Part shown: piece by piece, positions 18,703-29,039 of the stretch | How the letters are laid out: each line of letters opens with the position of its first letter | How positions within the stretch are numbered: the stretch's first letter is position 1 | Source: a virus | UHGV virus genome: UHGV-0305822 | DNA length: 64,000 nucleotides | Direction: 5' to 3' (one strand) | Translations under genes and position numbers: made by a program | The notes under the pieces: model-generated | What the model was told of the DNA's origin: nothing | The model's database searches: none | What the model saw: the letters and a program-made list of their open reading frames with translations, nothing else

Positions 18703-21700
18703 CTAAGTACGATCCCCTAACTGCTTCCCGTTAAGTTCTCGTTTCAGTACAGCCAAAATCCACTTCCACGCTTTACTCGTGATGTGGTACGGATTGCGTT
18801 TCTCCATTAAGAATTGACTTTCGCCGCTACGGAGTTCGAAGCTCTGCGCATTGAGTTGGTCTTGGCGAACACCGTTCTCGTCAGTGACATCTAACGAACA
18901 GGTAAAGTTAAGCTCGTAGCCCTCTGGATTATTGCCTGGTGGTTCTAAGACAATATAAATGTCCTGTCCTACACGTAGGTCCTTTGGCGTAAGGGTAACT
19001 GCTTTACCTGTGTCCGCGCTGGTCGAAAGCGCAAACGGCACGCTATCGATAGCTGATACATACGCGTCCTTCCCAGCATCGCCGATAATCACCTTACCCG
19101 GCCAGTTACACTTCACCGTTCCTGTCACTTTTGCAACACGGTACTGCTGTTTATCAGCACCTTGTGCAAAGCGTAAAATGAGTTTATGCCGATACCGGTT
19201 TGCGGCAGCTTTGGATGTACTCCACTCATTGTTCCAGGAGGCATGAAGTTCACCTTTCTTGGCCATCAAAGCACCACGAGACAGCTTACGTGGGAAGAAT
19301 TGTGCCGGAAGTTGCCCTTCGTGGGAAATCGCTACACTCCCTTGTCCGGTTGGAAGTGCTATTGTTTCAGTAGGGCAATAATTTAACTCGTACACGTGTG
19401 TTGTAGGATCGATCAATTTCTGATAGTAATCGCCGTCCTTACTGTCCGCTAACCAACCAACGGAAGAGTCCGTATACGATTCAAACAGTGAACGTAAATA
19501 GTGATACTTATCGATATCGATGTTACCCGTTTTTGGATCGATCAGTGCATGGTTAATAGTGAGGAAACACTTCTCACTCAAACCATTAAACGCCAAGCCC
19601 ACGCCGTCACCGGTAAAATAGTCTACCAGGTCAAATGGAAGCGTCATTTCTATTTGTCGCAAGTTGATAGTCGTTGAACCAAACTGCGAAAAAGATAGCG
19701 CTAAACGAAGTACACGAGTATTAACATTATAACGATAACGAATCATCCCACGCGGCGCATGGTTCGCGGAGATCTTATCACCGTTTGGACCCCACCCAAT
19801 TAAATCGAGTATTTCGGCGTTTGCTACTTCACCATTAAACAAAACGTCTTTAGTCGTGATTTCAACTGACGTTTCCCTTCCGCCATCCATTAACATCGAA
19901 CCGTTATTCAACTCGAAGCTCTTGTGCCAAACTTCAGAAGTCGAGCCAGCACCTACACCCACCTTACAAGTTTTACTAGTAAGGTTAATACGCACATAAC
20001 GGCGTCCCACTGTACCGCCCTGCGAGCTTGCACACAAAATAAGATCAGGTGCCGCAGACAGTGCCTTGGTCCCTGCAATGTCATCAACATCGAAAACGAA
20101 TGAGCCTTCGAACGTTGGTGCGTTATTTTCCTTCGGGTTAAATGGCGTGAACCAACAATAAGGCGTCGCGCCCTCGGTTGAGAAAATCAACTCTAAGTCA
20201 GATTTAACATTTAATCCGTGGGAATAAGAAAAAAGACCGCGACTTAAGGTACAAAGCGTTCCACCGCTTCCGCTACCTAAGGTTTTTCGATATATTAAAG
20301 CGCGGGGTTCTGGGATAGCACGGTTTAATAACGGCAACCGTGGGTTATCCGTTAACGTCCAGTCTACAGAACTGAGTCCGTGTGCTTTACGAGCGTCGAT
20401 GTGCTCACTAACCTCGGTACTTTTCCCGAAATCAAACGTGGTTTCAAAACTCACGGTTTTATTCGAGTAAGATTCACCGGCAACAATATCAACGTAGCCG
20501 ATATAACCGCGCTCAGGGTCAACTGCAATACTCTGAATTGGCTCAGTACGCGAATACAGAGAACCTGTGAGCATGTTAACGTACAGATAATGACGAATGC
20601 CTACGTGTGTTGTAACGAACTCTTGGAGAAACTCTACGTGCGTTTCAGGGCCACTGAAATAAACGGGGTAGTCACCGTCGTAAACTTCGAATTGCACTGC
20701 TGCGGATTTAGCCGTGTCGCTACACTCAGCTTTAACCGCTACGGTGTAGTTTTCAACGTCTGCTGATGTTTCATACACTGCAACAAGCGGAGACTGGCCT
20801 GTGGCTGCCTGGATACCGTTAATGTAAACTGTAACCGGGCCACCCCCTGCGGCATAAACCCAAAGCTTCGGCTGGCGTGCCCTTACCCGCGTTTTGGCCA
20901 ACACAGTAACAACTGACTGGTCACCCATCTGTGAGGCAGTTTTACCTACCGGAACAGATTGGAAACCCATTAGTGGTGGTTCTTCAATACCTGTCCAGTT
21001 AATGCCCTTACCAGCGCTCACTTTCCCCGTAGGCCAGGTCGTCTCAATTTGGTTGTTCGGTGAGAACCAGTTAAACATCGGCGTAGTTTGCAGGTCAATC
21101 GAACCTGTAACGGCGCTATCAGCTTTCGCACCGTTCAGCAAATAGAAATATTTCAAATCTTGAACGGAGATTGCCGTACCCTGACTATTAAAACGCCAGT
21201 CTGCACCTTTTACCGCAGCAAAATCCGTTACCGACCCTTCTTTCGCGTTCGCAATCGCCGCAGCAACCACATCTAAACGCGCCGAAAGTTCTTTTAAGAT
21301 GTTCGGTACCACTGCACGGTTTTCAACCAAACCGTTCTGGTTAGTTGCGTACCGACCGATACCGTAAACGGTTTGCGAGGCTTTATAAATGCCTAGTTCC
21401 GACCAATCGTGGTGGTGACCTGCATCCGCTAAACCACTAAGCGCCGTATTTAACTCGGTAGACAACGGCTTGTCAACGTCTGCGGTGTTATCCGCTTGCC
21501 CTAACCCCAGATCAGCTTTCGTGATTGTCCTGGAGCCGTCATTCATCGGCTTACCGTTAATCATGGTCGTTTTAGCCACATACCCCGATAAGTCGGTCGA
21601 GTATGGTGCTAACGAAGCCGGTGTTGCAGCAACCCCAGTCGTTTCTGTACCTTTACCTGTTTTAAGTTTAGCGACGCCTTTTTCGGCGGTTGTCGCTTTT

Positions 21701-22908
21701 GTTGGGTCGATAGTCCCCACGATAGGGTCGGCGCGAGAACCTTTACCGGTAAAGCTAATCCCATTACGACCTTCAATGTACACCTTCGAATCGTCAGGGT
21801 CGCCACCGCCACCAGAACCCGCATCTGGATCTTGTTGGTATTCCATCAACGCCGTGGTGGTCAGTAACGGGTTACCGTTCAGGGTGAGTTTGTTCATCCC
21901 TAAAGCATCGCCTGTTGACTCGATGCGTAATGTGTTTTTACCGGCACGCCAGTTGATATAACGTCCTGCACCTGTGCCTTCCAGATGTCCTACCGCTAAT
22001 ACCACAGAACCGTTGGATTTTAACGTAAAACCATCGTTGGCAAAAATGATTTCTGACTCACCGTTTTTCGAACGGAACTGTGCGCGGTTTCCTGACACCG
22101 TACAGTTAAACACGCCCCGTACTTCCGAAGAAATCCAGTGAGAGATATACGTGTCGATAACTGACTGGGGTAAACGAAACGCTTTCAGCTCATCCGTCAG
22201 TGCTTTCAACTTTAACCCGTACGCCATAAAGGTGTCGGGCGTTTTCAAGTTAACAGGATGCGCGTTAATCTGCGCGGATGTGGTTTCGTGCGGGTTCTTC
22301 GCTGCGATATGTGCTGGGTAGTTAAATGCTTCGATTTCTTTACCCAACGCAGTCACTAACGCTTTAACTTCAGCTAATTTGTCTTTAATTAGCTGGTTAG
22401 CGTCGTCGGTTTTCAATTCAATATCGTGAACTGCCGACGCTAAATATTTTTTGTTCAGCAAATCCGCCCAGGACGTTGCTGCTGGCGTCGCTGGATATAA
22501 CGATGGTCTACCGTCTAATAACAACCAGTCAGCACTGACTGGGTTATTCAAATATTTCACCAGTTCATCGAGAATGTCAACAAACGGGTCGTAGAACGTA
22601 CCGCCGAGCATTTGTCCTTCAAAGGTTACGATACCCTTGATGGATGGGTTGATAAGGTGTACCCCACAATACACGTTGGCTGCTACCGAGTCATCCAGTT
22701 CCGTCAGCTGATATTGCAGTTCGTAGTCCACCCCACGACTCAGTGGGGTGGTTGAACCTGGTTGTCTGACGACCAAATCTTCAAAGAACGGGCGGTGGTC
22801 TAAAATCACCACCCGATCGTTGTTGTTCTCTGACCCGATGATACGCTCCTCTAAGAAGTGATTCTCGGCTTTCGTCCCCCGAGGATCGTAAGGATACGCT
22901 TTCATCAA
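18703..22908 (-). CDS. large tail fibre protein (1401 aa)
   Basis: N-terminal HRPFF ... GVDYEL motif; ATTAEKGVAKLKTG...AATPASL resembles the phage fibre repeat A[ST]xxxxG..[KR]LAT...AVTP..L. Confidence 0.65.
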   Translation of the reverse strand: MMKAYPYDPRGTKAENHFLEERIIGSENNNDRVVILDHRPFFEDLVVRQPGSTTPLSRGVDYELQYQLTELDDSVAANVYCGVHLINPSIKGIVTFEGQMLGGTFYDPFVDILDELVKYLNNPVSADWLLLDGRPSLYPATPAATSWADLLNKKYLASAVHDIELKTDDANQLIKDKLAEVKALVTALGKEIEAFNYPAHIAAKNPHETTSAQINAHPVNLKTPDTFMAYGLKLKALTDELKAFRLPQSVIDTYISHWISSEVRGVFNCTVSGNRAQFRSKNGESEIIFANDGFTLKSNGSVVLAVGHLEGTGAGRYINWRAGKNTLRIESTGDALGMNKLTLNGNPLLTTTALMEYQQDPDAGSGGGGDPDDSKVYIEGRNGISFTGKGSRADPIVGTIDPTKATTAEKGVAKLKTGKGTETTGVAATPASLAPYSTDLSGYVAKTTMINGKPMNDGSRTITKADLGLGQADNTADVDKPLSTELNTALSGLADAGHHHDWSELGIYKASQTVYGIGRYATNQNGLVENRAVVPNILKELSARLDVVAAAIANAKEGSVTDFAAVKGADWRFNSQGTAISVQDLKYFYLLNGAKADSAVTGSIDLQTTPMFNWFSPNNQIETTWPTGKVSAGKGINWTGIEEPPLMGFQSVPVGKTASQMGDQSVVTVLAKTRVRARQPKLWVYAAGGGPVTVYINGIQAATGQSPLVAVYETSADVENYTVAVKAECSDTAKSAAVQFEVYDGDYPVYFSGPETHVEFLQEFVTTHVGIRHYLYVNMLTGSLYSRTEPIQSIAVDPERGYIGYVDIVAGESYSNKTVSFETTFDFGKSTEVSEHIDARKAHGLSSVDWTLTDNPRLPLLNRAIPEPRALIYRKTLGSGSGGTLCTLSRGLFSYSHGLNVKSDLELIFSTEGATPYCWFTPFNPKENNAPTFEGSFVFDVDDIAGTKALSAAPDLILCASSQGGTVGRRYVRINLTSKTCKVGVGAGSTSEVWHKSFELNNGSMLMDGGRETSVEITTKDVLFNGEVANAEILDLIGWGPNGDKISANHAPRGMIRYRYNVNTRVLRLALSFSQFGSTTINLRQIEMTLPFDLVDYFTGDGVGLAFNGLSEKCFLTINHALIDPKTGNIDIDKYHYLRSLFESYTDSSVGWLADSKDGDYYQKLIDPTTHVYELNYCPTETIALPTGQGSVAISHEGQLPAQFFPRKLSRGALMAKKGELHASWNNEWSTSKAAANRYRHKLILRFAQGADKQQYRVAKVTGTVKCNWPGKVIIGDAGKDAYVSAIDSVPFALSTSADTGKAVTLTPKDLRVGQDIYIVLEPPGNNPEGYELNFTCSLDVTDENGVRQDQLNAQSFELRSGESQFLMEKRNPYHITSKAWKWILAVLKRELNGKQLGDRT

Positions 22909-22918
22909 AAAATTCTCC

Positions 22919-25900
22919 TTAATCGCGAATGATTACCGCCTGCACTTTATTGTTGGTGTCGATAAACGACATTACGCGCTCCTTGTTAAGATAAGGAGGT
23001 ATCGGTAACGCAGCGTAATCCGCCAGGTTGTTATTAAATTCAGTTGCCACTAACGCATTAAGCGTTTCAGGGTCTGAACTGACACCGGTCAATTCCATAA
23101 CGCGCACACGATTTAATGAGGAATAGTTGCTAATATAGTCTAACAACGTACCATAGACTTTATTCGCGGTTGTGCTATCTGCCGTAGAACGGATGTTGGC
23201 ACGAACTTCATCCTCATAAAGTCCCCCTAAACCGTAGTAAATAGGGGTATACGGATCGTTAACGATAGGTGCGATATTGAACCCTGTTAGACGGTCAGTT
23301 AGAGGGATTTTCTGCGTAGCTCCCCCTGCTGCCGTGCAACTTACGTATTTATCAGTCGCAGATAAAAACACCACGATGGTATACGTAGTGCCCGCTAAGG
23401 TCAATGTTGCGTTAAACGTTATTGCGTTATTTGCAGCACGGGTGTGGGTAAACGTTACGTCAGGTTGTAACGTATTCCACGGCGCAGGCGTAACACGCTT
23501 CGTTGGTGTGAAACCTAACACTACCGATTTCCCGCTACCGAAGTTCAAACCGAACCCTGCGTAACAATATTCACCGTTGCTGTCAGTTAAACGATAACCA
23601 CGAGTGATAAGTAACGACAACCGCATAAACTCGCCGTCGGTGTTTTTCCAACAACCTAAAACAGTTTCTAGCACCGTGCCGGTTTTTGCGTTGCTTTCTG
23701 TTTCCCAACTTACCCGCATTCCTGCGTTCTTAAAAGCTGGGAACATGTTGTGGATAAACCCGTGTAGGTTATCGCTTACCCCTTTCGCGTCAAAAATCCA
23801 CTTGGATGCGAGCTGGTCGTATTTCACCCCGTCTAAAGCTTTATACTGCCCACCGGCAACATAACGCCAATCTGCTTCACCGCGTACTACTGCCTGGAGT
23901 CCAGAAGCCCAGCAAGGTGCGCCTACCGTTAAGTTAGCTAACCCAAGCGTTGCACGTGACGCGGAGCGCTGAATGTGTGCGTTGTCATCGGCTTTATGAT
24001 CTTTCAGTTCACGGAAATCACCCAACCGTGTGACATTACGCATCTCCGTAACGAACACCTCAGAAATGTCGTTAACACCAATCAACCCTACACGCGTCAT
24101 GGTATCCGTTTCAGCCTGACTGTAGCTGTCGTGGACAATATACTTCGCTTTGTTATCAACGATATCAACAAAAATCCCTGCGTAGATTTCTGTATTCAAT
24201 TTCGGAAAACGTTCACTGACGTTAATCGTCATCAACGGAACGTCGTATGTTTCACCACCGATAAAATACGTTGAAGCTGGAAGCGTGACCAGAATTTTGT
24301 CTTTGACCGTAAGGTCTATTAAGTCGTTACCAGACTCACCAAAACGTATAATGTCAAGACGTGCCTCCGAGTCAACGCCGCTGACAGCGCGCTCCAATTT
24401 TTCAATCTGGGAAGTCTGCGCCATTACCACACTCCCATCGAGTGCTAAAGTCGCATCATCCACATCCAGACCAAATTTAATCAGACCACGTTGCGCTGTG
24501 GTTGCGTTCCCAGTACCAAAAGCGGTAAACGGGTGTTGGTGAACTTTAGGCGAGTATTTATCTAACTCCGCACGTTGTGCTGTAGAAATCGGTAAATCGA
24601 CATCGGGCGTATTCGCAACGTTACCTAAACCAAAGGTAATCTTATCGATAGTAACCGAGCTGGTAAGTTGCATGTCGTTAATGTACGATTTAACTGCAAC
24701 TAATTTACCGGTGAACTCCGCATCGAGTTTTTCAATCAGTGCTGGCGTTGCTGCAAGGTTTTCAGCGGTACCGAACTCATCGGTCAACTGCCAAGCTGCC
24801 AGAGCTGTTGTATCGGTCGCGGTAGGGAGAATAAAGGTCGCTACGAACGGCGAGGCTTTTATCCCGCTACCGGTGATCGTAACCGTTGTTGTCGAGTTTG
24901 CGTAGAATAAACCTGTACCACCTGCGGTATTGCCTGGTAGATACGGGGCCACGGTGGTGGGGTCTAAAAGTTTTTTACCACGCCACTGTAACCCTCGATC
25001 ATCAGGATACAACATAAGCTGGTTAGTACCTGCTTGGAACGTTACGGGGTTGTTACCCACGTTAACATCAGTAGAACCTTGACCGATGAACTTAATGGAT
25101 TTCGGATCAACGACAAACTGAGCGCCTAAACGTGTTTCGTCAACAACATCCGGTGCTTTCTTAATGGTAACCGTGTTACCTTTGTTTTGCGAACTAATGG
25201 TAACGGCGTCGGCAACATTATTGATCAGCGATTTAAAGTGGTGCTGATTCTCTAATGCTTCTAACGCGGCGTCCATGTTATTGAAGTTAATCCGACCGCT
25301 ATACGTTTTACTGTTTACGGTAATAACGACGTCAAACACATTCCCTGTACGCTTCAGTTGAAAACGTAGCGTAAAATCCCCATCCGGTATTGCCGGATTA
25401 GGAGCTTGTGAAATATACCGAACTGCCGGTACCGGACTCCCGTAACCGTGCAACGCCAGTTCGATAGTAAGAGTACCGGACCAGACTTCACCGCTAATCT
25501 CTACGTACTTACCGGAGTTACTACCAGGATTTTCGTAGAAACGTAAACCAACCCTACCGACCGCTTCATTACCAGACGCTGTTTTACGACCAGTAACAAT
25601 AAAGTCTATATCTTGCAGGTTGGCAGGCACCGCATTAAAGTTAGCACTGAAACCGCTTTTCGCTCCTGTGTAACGAAGCGCGCCGTGATATCTGTGACCT
25701 CTACTAACATAGCTTTCGCTAAAATAAGGACTCACGTATTTCGACATCGAAACCGGATCAACTTCCGTCGTGAACGAAGTAAAACCCGGAAGTGTGGTAA
25801 TCGTGCCGTTAACGTTCTTGCTCGCCGATTCACGAAGCAGTTTTTTCTGTGCGGTTAACGTTGCTTGTGTTGGGTACTTAGCATTAACGTAATCCGTTAA

Positions 25901-27241
25901 CTGCTGTTTCGTTTTCCCGTAAGCTAACGCGGCATCCGACGCAATACCATTCAGCTCTAACGCACGGATCGGACCCCACGTATCGGTGTGCGGGTTGTCC
26001 TTACGTGTAACGTGTTCGTGTGCAGGCGCGTTACGATACAGCTGCTCAACTAACTGATGGTATTTGACTATTAACTGGTAGACATCGTTATCGACGTCAG
26101 GTTCTGGTGCGCCGGGTAAAGAACGAATTTGAATATAATCGTTTTCGGCCGCATACCAGTTTAAATTAATGTTCGTTTTAAACTTCAACCATTTAGCAAC
26201 ATCCGTTTTCGAATACCCTGCCGAGAACTCATCAGGCGGTGTATCGACATTGAATGTGTAATCCATGGTCTGTTTATTTGTTTTTACTACGATGACGTAA
26301 ACACCGTTTCCGGGTTGACGGGTTACACTAAAATCGATATCGTTTTTTAACTCATCGTCAGTTAAACCGTTGATTAACGTATAATCGTAGTTTGTTGAAC
26401 CGCTACCAATAGCGACCGTTAAGACCAGTGAGATTTTGCGCTGTTTTAGCTGCAACCGTAGAATACTTGCACCGCCGTTAGCATAACAGAGCATCCAATC
26501 GATCTGTTCGTTTGGATTCAATTTCGTCATGTCTGGCAGAATAGCAGGAATTCTGTGTTTCACTGACAGGGCGTAGTCGTTAAAGGTTGCAGTTTTATAA
26601 CTCAAGCTATAACGATGACGGGTAGTGTTGTAGGTGAAGCCACCTTTATTGTCGTATACGGCATACTGCTCGGAAGTGATAACCTTGCTATTAGCACGGT
26701 ATTCTAAATCCAGGGTATTGCGTGCGATGGGGTTAAGTCGACTCACGACTTCCCCTAACGAATCGCCTAATCCAGCAATAGCCTGCATTAATTCCAGTTC
26801 ACCTTTCCAATTCTCCCAATCGAACTGGATATCGACCGGCGGAAAGTAAACGTCCCCGATGACGGTGTCCCACTGACACGCAGACGGGTATTTATCTTTA
26901 TTGAGTTCGCGTTCTGCGGTAATCTGTTGTTGGGTAGCCTGACCACAACCAACGGCGTGGTAATCTACCGTAAAATTCGATTTGTATTTGTCATTAACAA
27001 TCCAAATCATCCCGTGAATGAGATAGGCTGTGCGCAACATACCGGTCTCGTACGGGTGTGTAATAACGTAATCGTCGCCTAAGGTCAGTGTTTTGCCGCC
27101 GCTCTTGACCACCAGGGATGTGGTGAAAAAAGGGGCGTGGGCAGGTACCAACATTCGGTATTTCGTACCAATGACGGCGACCGCTTCACCGGTTATTTTA
27201 TTCCCCGGTTTTTTGAAGTGTGGGTCTAGGACGACAGCCAT
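22919..27241 (-). CDS. large tail fibre protein (1440 aa)
   Basis: N-terminal HAPFF ... GDDYVI motif; TTAQRGLIKFG fibre-repeat-like segment; only 10 nt from next gene (co-transcribed). Confidence 0.65.
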   Translation of the reverse strand: MAVVLDPHFKKPGNKITGEAVAVIGTKYRMLVPAHAPFFTTSLVVKSGGKTLTLGDDYVITHPYETGMLRTAYLIHGMIWIVNDKYKSNFTVDYHAVGCGQATQQQITAERELNKDKYPSACQWDTVIGDVYFPPVDIQFDWENWKGELELMQAIAGLGDSLGEVVSRLNPIARNTLDLEYRANSKVITSEQYAVYDNKGGFTYNTTRHRYSLSYKTATFNDYALSVKHRIPAILPDMTKLNPNEQIDWMLCYANGGASILRLQLKQRKISLVLTVAIGSGSTNYDYTLINGLTDDELKNDIDFSVTRQPGNGVYVIVVKTNKQTMDYTFNVDTPPDEFSAGYSKTDVAKWLKFKTNINLNWYAAENDYIQIRSLPGAPEPDVDNDVYQLIVKYHQLVEQLYRNAPAHEHVTRKDNPHTDTWGPIRALELNGIASDAALAYGKTKQQLTDYVNAKYPTQATLTAQKKLLRESASKNVNGTITTLPGFTSFTTEVDPVSMSKYVSPYFSESYVSRGHRYHGALRYTGAKSGFSANFNAVPANLQDIDFIVTGRKTASGNEAVGRVGLRFYENPGSNSGKYVEISGEVWSGTLTIELALHGYGSPVPAVRYISQAPNPAIPDGDFTLRFQLKRTGNVFDVVITVNSKTYSGRINFNNMDAALEALENQHHFKSLINNVADAVTISSQNKGNTVTIKKAPDVVDETRLGAQFVVDPKSIKFIGQGSTDVNVGNNPVTFQAGTNQLMLYPDDRGLQWRGKKLLDPTTVAPYLPGNTAGGTGLFYANSTTTVTITGSGIKASPFVATFILPTATDTTALAAWQLTDEFGTAENLAATPALIEKLDAEFTGKLVAVKSYINDMQLTSSVTIDKITFGLGNVANTPDVDLPISTAQRAELDKYSPKVHQHPFTAFGTGNATTAQRGLIKFGLDVDDATLALDGSVVMAQTSQIEKLERAVSGVDSEARLDIIRFGESGNDLIDLTVKDKILVTLPASTYFIGGETYDVPLMTINVSERFPKLNTEIYAGIFVDIVDNKAKYIVHDSYSQAETDTMTRVGLIGVNDISEVFVTEMRNVTRLGDFRELKDHKADDNAHIQRSASRATLGLANLTVGAPCWASGLQAVVRGEADWRYVAGGQYKALDGVKYDQLASKWIFDAKGVSDNLHGFIHNMFPAFKNAGMRVSWETESNAKTGTVLETVLGCWKNTDGEFMRLSLLITRGYRLTDSNGEYCYAGFGLNFGSGKSVVLGFTPTKRVTPAPWNTLQPDVTFTHTRAANNAITFNATLTLAGTTYTIVVFLSATDKYVSCTAAGGATQKIPLTDRLTGFNIAPIVNDPYTPIYYGLGGLYEDEVRANIRSTADSTTANKVYGTLLDYISNYSSLNRVRVMELTGVSSDPETLNALVATEFNNNLADYAALPIPPYLNKERVMSFIDTNNKVQAVIIRD

Positions 27242-27309
27242 TATCTACTCCTATAGTCCGTGGGCGTCGAAGTTCATACTATGACTTGAATCTATAGAGG
27301 AAAAGAGCT

Positions 27310-28572
27310 GTGACTACTGCTTATCAAGTGCGGCCCGACAGCGCTTTTGGCTTCTCTCGAGAGTCCCGTACCTGGGGAGCCATCGATGTCACGCAACCCT
27401 TAAATACGTTGTGTTCAGACTACCACACCTTTGAGATCGGTTTAAGTGCACTTGGTAAAGACTATACGTTAGTCAGCCAATACCATCTTGCCGAACTACA
27501 AAACCGAACAGACACTTTACAAGATTGGTTAAATGAAAAAGCCGGAAACGTCATCCCTACTCTAAAAGCCGGATTGCCGAAACTCGAATTCAGTTGGGCA
27601 CATTACCAATCGATTAATGCCGACGTACCCGTTGAAACGTACCTGTGTCCGCCTGGGTACCACCACAGTCAAGATTTCAGCTTAGACGATGCTGATGACG
27701 TTGTCATCGTTTGTGAGGACAAGTGGAAGGACAAATACCGTAATAGTGTACTGTACAACATTAACGGTCAATGGGTACCGCACCAGACAGATACCGTAGG
27801 TGTCCGATTACCCGGGGCCGGTAAAATCGTACGGAGAGCCTGTACGCCAGATATCGGCTGTATGGTTTTTGGTCAGTTAGGGAATGTTAAAACTTACCCC
27901 ATTGCCAACCTTACCCTAAACAAGCTCGACACTACACGTGACTATTACTCCACGCTAATGATTTCGCTGCCCGAATCTATTACGGGAAAAACGGTGGGTT
28001 TCGTCATCGGTGGACTGTTACGTTGGTTGCCTCCGGGCGGTTATTTCTCCGACCGTGCGATCATGATTTCTTTGCCGAATTTTGATCTTGCTCGGACCGT
28101 TCTGGAAACCCGTCGCTATTACGACTGGGACGCCATCGGTGTGGGTGATTTATCAACGCCTACTAATGTCCAACGTATTCGCAACCCCGAAACATTAAAG
28201 GCGCTTTTACTCCACGAGTCTTCGTTTATCTTTACGGTAGATAATCCGTATTTAGAAGAAGAGGTTGTGGGTGTATCGCATAACGCAGTTTGGGGACGTT
28301 GTTATCTCAAGGACCCTAGCGATCCTGATTCTGAAAAACCATTAGGGTACTTAAATAATCGCTTCGGAAAGACCGTGGGCTATTGGCCTACATGGGAGGA
28401 GGGTGAGTGGGTATTTAACACCACCGAATTCGACAGTCAAAACTACGTCTTTCGTGAAGCCCGGTGGTATAATCAGAAGAAGATTAACGACGCGCAAGCA
28501 ATCGTCGGTCCATTCGGTCCCTGGGAAAAAGTGTATTTAGAAATGCATCGCTTTAGAGCACGAAAAAAATAA
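27310..28572 (+). CDS. hypothetical protein (420 aa), divergent from fibre operon
   Basis: GTG start with GAGGAAAAGAG RBS; 68-nt divergent intergenic region; no motif recognised. Confidence 0.5.
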   Translation: MTTAYQVRPDSAFGFSRESRTWGAIDVTQPLNTLCSDYHTFEIGLSALGKDYTLVSQYHLAELQNRTDTLQDWLNEKAGNVIPTLKAGLPKLEFSWAHYQSINADVPVETYLCPPGYHHSQDFSLDDADDVVIVCEDKWKDKYRNSVLYNINGQWVPHQTDTVGVRLPGAGKIVRRACTPDIGCMVFGQLGNVKTYPIANLTLNKLDTTRDYYSTLMISLPESITGKTVGFVIGGLLRWLPPGGYFSDRAIMISLPNFDLARTVLETRRYYDWDAIGVGDLSTPTNVQRIRNPETLKALLLHESSFIFTVDNPYLEEEVVGVSHNAVWGRCYLKDPSDPDSEKPLGYLNNRFGKTVGYWPTWEEGEWVFNTTEFDSQNYVFREARWYNQKKINDAQAIVGPFGPWEKVYLEMHRFRARKK

Positions 28573-28578
28573 AGTAAC

Positions 28579-28621
28579 CTCCTACCCTCTAAGAGGGTAG
28601 GAGTAGCACGTTTTTTTTTTC
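28579..28621. terminator. bidirectional terminator
   Basis: A-run, stem CCTACCC / GGGTAGG, then TTTTTTTTTT; between genes ending 28572 (+) and 28624 (-). Confidence 0.65.
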
Positions 28622-28623
28622 GC

Positions 28624-28830
28624 TTAGTCTTTTTTGTAGACAATTGCGTTACCGTGCAGTTTGTTGTTGCCGGAAATACCGATAACTTTGAATGCGTCGC
28701 CGCCAATTTTTTCAGCTTCAGCAGCCAGCTTACCCGTTACATGATCAACGGTGTCGCCGAAAGCGCTAACGTTACCGATTTTCTTAAACTCTTCTGGAAT
28801 ATGCTCAGCAGAAGAGAACTCTTTAATAGA
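28624..28830 (-). CDS. DUF1471 (BhsA/YdgH/McbA-like) domain protein without signal peptide
   Basis: C-terminal GGDAFKVIGISGNNKLHGNAIVYKK resembles the DUF1471 consensus (GA..Y.I.S.SG.N...GTA..YK); ATG at 28830 after GGAGAG RBS (ORF track start 28851). Confidence 0.45.
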   Translation of the reverse strand, partial: SIKEFSSAEHIPEEFKKIGNVSAFGDTVDHVTGKLAAEAEKIGGDAFKVIGISGNNKLHGNAIVYKKD

Positions 28831-29039
28831 CATAACAGCTCTCCATTTCAAAAGGAAGGTGGTCTAAGACCGACGTGTGTTACAACCGAAGCATAAGATA
28901 GCTCCTCCCCGTAGGGAGGAGTAGAGTGCGCGAAAAAAGTGGCCTGCTTAACTAAACGATGGGTTTAAGAAAAGTGTTGATAAAAAGCTTTACCAACGTC
29001 AGGTCACAATATATAAACACAACGTAAGAAAAAGGGGAA

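Noticed and set aside
13425-27284. Numerous 60-160 aa plus-strand ORFs inside the giant minus-strand fibre genes (e.g. 14085..14402, 19186..19386, 21470..21961, 23277..23564, 27093..27284)
   Set aside because: Fully embedded antisense in long, continuous fibre ORFs; no RBS context; typical spurious ORFs.
28654-28896. Plus-strand ORF overlapping the DUF1471-like minus-strand gene
   Set aside because: The minus-strand frame carries a recognisable DUF1471 C-terminal motif and RBS; plus-strand product has no features.
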